DNA of 64,000 nucleotides from Schmidtea polychroa (taxonomy: Eukaryota). Shown in pieces: positions 62,674 to 64,000 of the stretch (positions are counted from its first letter, which is position 1; each line of letters begins with the position of its first letter). Both the position numbers and the translations under genes were made by a program. The notes below the pieces were generated by a model, which worked only from the letters and a program-made list of their open reading frames with translations, did not search any database and was not told the origin of the DNA. Location of the stretch: positions 72,106,001 through 72,170,000 of the forward strand of contig CM097888.1 of NCBI GenBank assembly GCA_044892525.1. The letters run 5' to 3'.

Positions 62674-63158
62674 CTAGAGTTTAAAATGTTGTATTATTTT
62701 ATTACTTTGTTGCAATATTTTTATTATTTTAGTTACAATATTCTTTTTAATTTGTTGTCCATCTTCGAAATAATGTATTGATTTGTCTTAATTACCATTA
62801 TTATTTTATTACTTTGTTGCAATATTTTTATTATTTTAGTTACAATTTGATAAATATTTTACAACTTTGTTGAAATTTTCTGAAATATGTTACTACTTTG
62901 TTGTAATATTTTCTAATCTTGTTACAATTTGCTTAAATATTTTACAACTGTTGAAAATTTATCTGAAATATGTTATTACTTTGTTACAATTTTATGAAAA
63001 CGTTATTACTGTTTTGCAATTTGATGAAAAATGATATTACTTTGTGGGTTCATCACATTATTTTTATTAAATTATTATGAAAATGTTAAATAAGTCAACT
63101 TTAGCGTCAAAATGTGTTTTAAAATAAATTAATTTTTTCCTACCCTTCCTTGATTTTG

Positions 63159-63262
63159 ATTGGTTAGAATTTGTTCCTATGAACAATAATAATAATCTAT
63201 AAACAATAATAATCTATAAACAATAATAATCTATAAACAATAATAATCTATAAACAATAATC
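63159..63262 (+). promoter_or_regulatory. Putative polB promoter, right arm
   Basis: ATTGG at 63159-63163, CTATAAACAATAATAAT units starting at 63197, 63214, 63231 and 63248, Inr-like TCATTAGTC, ATG at 63302. Confidence 0.55.
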
Positions 63263-63301
63263 AATCATTAGTCACATTTAACAAATAGTTAACCTTTAAA
63301 A

Positions 63302-64000
63302 ATGAATTCTTTAATAGAAAACGTTATGAATGTCCGAGAAAAAATTCAGAAATTTGGTAAATTTTAATTTATTTATTAATTAATTTATTAATTAATTTAG
63401 ATAATATTAATGAAGACAATTTAAAATCTAAGATTAAAGGAAATTTGAAAAGAAAAAGTAAACATAATTTTTAATTTATTGATTTAATTAATTAATAATT
63501 TAGGTAATACGAATAAAGAAAAAAATTATGTCAATCTGTCAATAAATCGAAATGAAAATTTACAATGTAAGTATTGATTACTTTTTATAATTTAAAGGAA
63601 ATTTAATATAATTTTTTATTTAAGTAAATGTTAATATTTTTAATTTAGTAAATTTTTATTTTTTAGTAAATAAAATTTTTAAAATAATAATAATTTGCAA
63701 ATTTTTGCGTAAACATTTACTAAAATATTTCATTTAAATTATATTTTTTTTATTAAATTTTTATTTTATAGGTATACTTTACCCAAATTATTGTTCATCG
63801 AAAGAACATGATAATAATTGCCATTCTATAATGGAGAATTATTACACAAAAAAATATTATAATAAAACTTATTTTATATGTCCCGTATGTAAGACTAGTG
63901 ACCCCGTAACATATAGCGTTTTTTATAATAAACATAAAAATCATTTAGATAGGTTTAATTTTAAAAAAGATAGTGTTTTTAAAAGACCCTCAACTATAGA
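63302..64000 (+). CDS. polB: Protein-primed DNA polymerase B, right-arm copy (5' part; runs off the window)
   Basis: Exons 63302-63356, 63401-63457, 63504-63566 and 63772 onward give MNSLIENVMNVREK...LQCILYPNYCSSKEHDNNCHSIMENYYTKK...FKRPSTI. Identical to the left copy except one V/L change in exon 3. Confidence 0.92.

Larger units (their letters stand above)
54854..64000. mobile_element. Polinton-like pPolB-only element arranged as a large palindrome (extends beyond the window)
   Basis: AGTAG terminus at the MULE break, subterminal satellites, polB on the - strand, exact mirror symmetry (x maps to 123879-x) for 59879-61899 versus 61980-64000, second polB on the + strand. Confidence 0.85.

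Noticed and set aside
59879-64000. Palindrome as a simple amplification or sequencing fold-back artefact
   Set aside because: The arms differ at 17 sites in a structured gradient and the axis carries terminus-like motifs. Not fully excluded without long reads.

Overview
AT-rich eukaryotic (metazoan) nuclear DNA with scaffold gaps, short host introns (about 44-56 bp) and many decayed transposons. Host genes are a partial kinesin-2 (KIF3B-like, 2.6-10.0 kb) and the 5' part of a nuclear receptor (50.4-51.4 kb). The main signal is at 54854-64000: a Polinton/Maverick-type element that starts with AGTAG exactly where it truncates a MULE transposase. Its only visible gene is an intact, spliced protein-primed DNA polymerase B (about 1348 aa, with OTU-like protease, Zn-finger and endonuclease VII modules). 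The element folds into a large head-to-head palindrome around an 80-bp spacer at 61900-61979, and a second polB copy starts on the + strand at 63302. No integrase, capsid or ATPase gene is visible. Over 2021 compared bp the arms differ at 17 positions with no indels, and 15 of these lie in the innermost ~430 bp. Other notable items are a miniature AGTAGT...ACTACT element with a 6-bp TSD, a solo-LTR-like insert carrying an RNF126/RNF115-like fragment, a minimal hammerhead ribozyme and a nested hAT cluster. All alignments and counts were done by eye; no database search was run.
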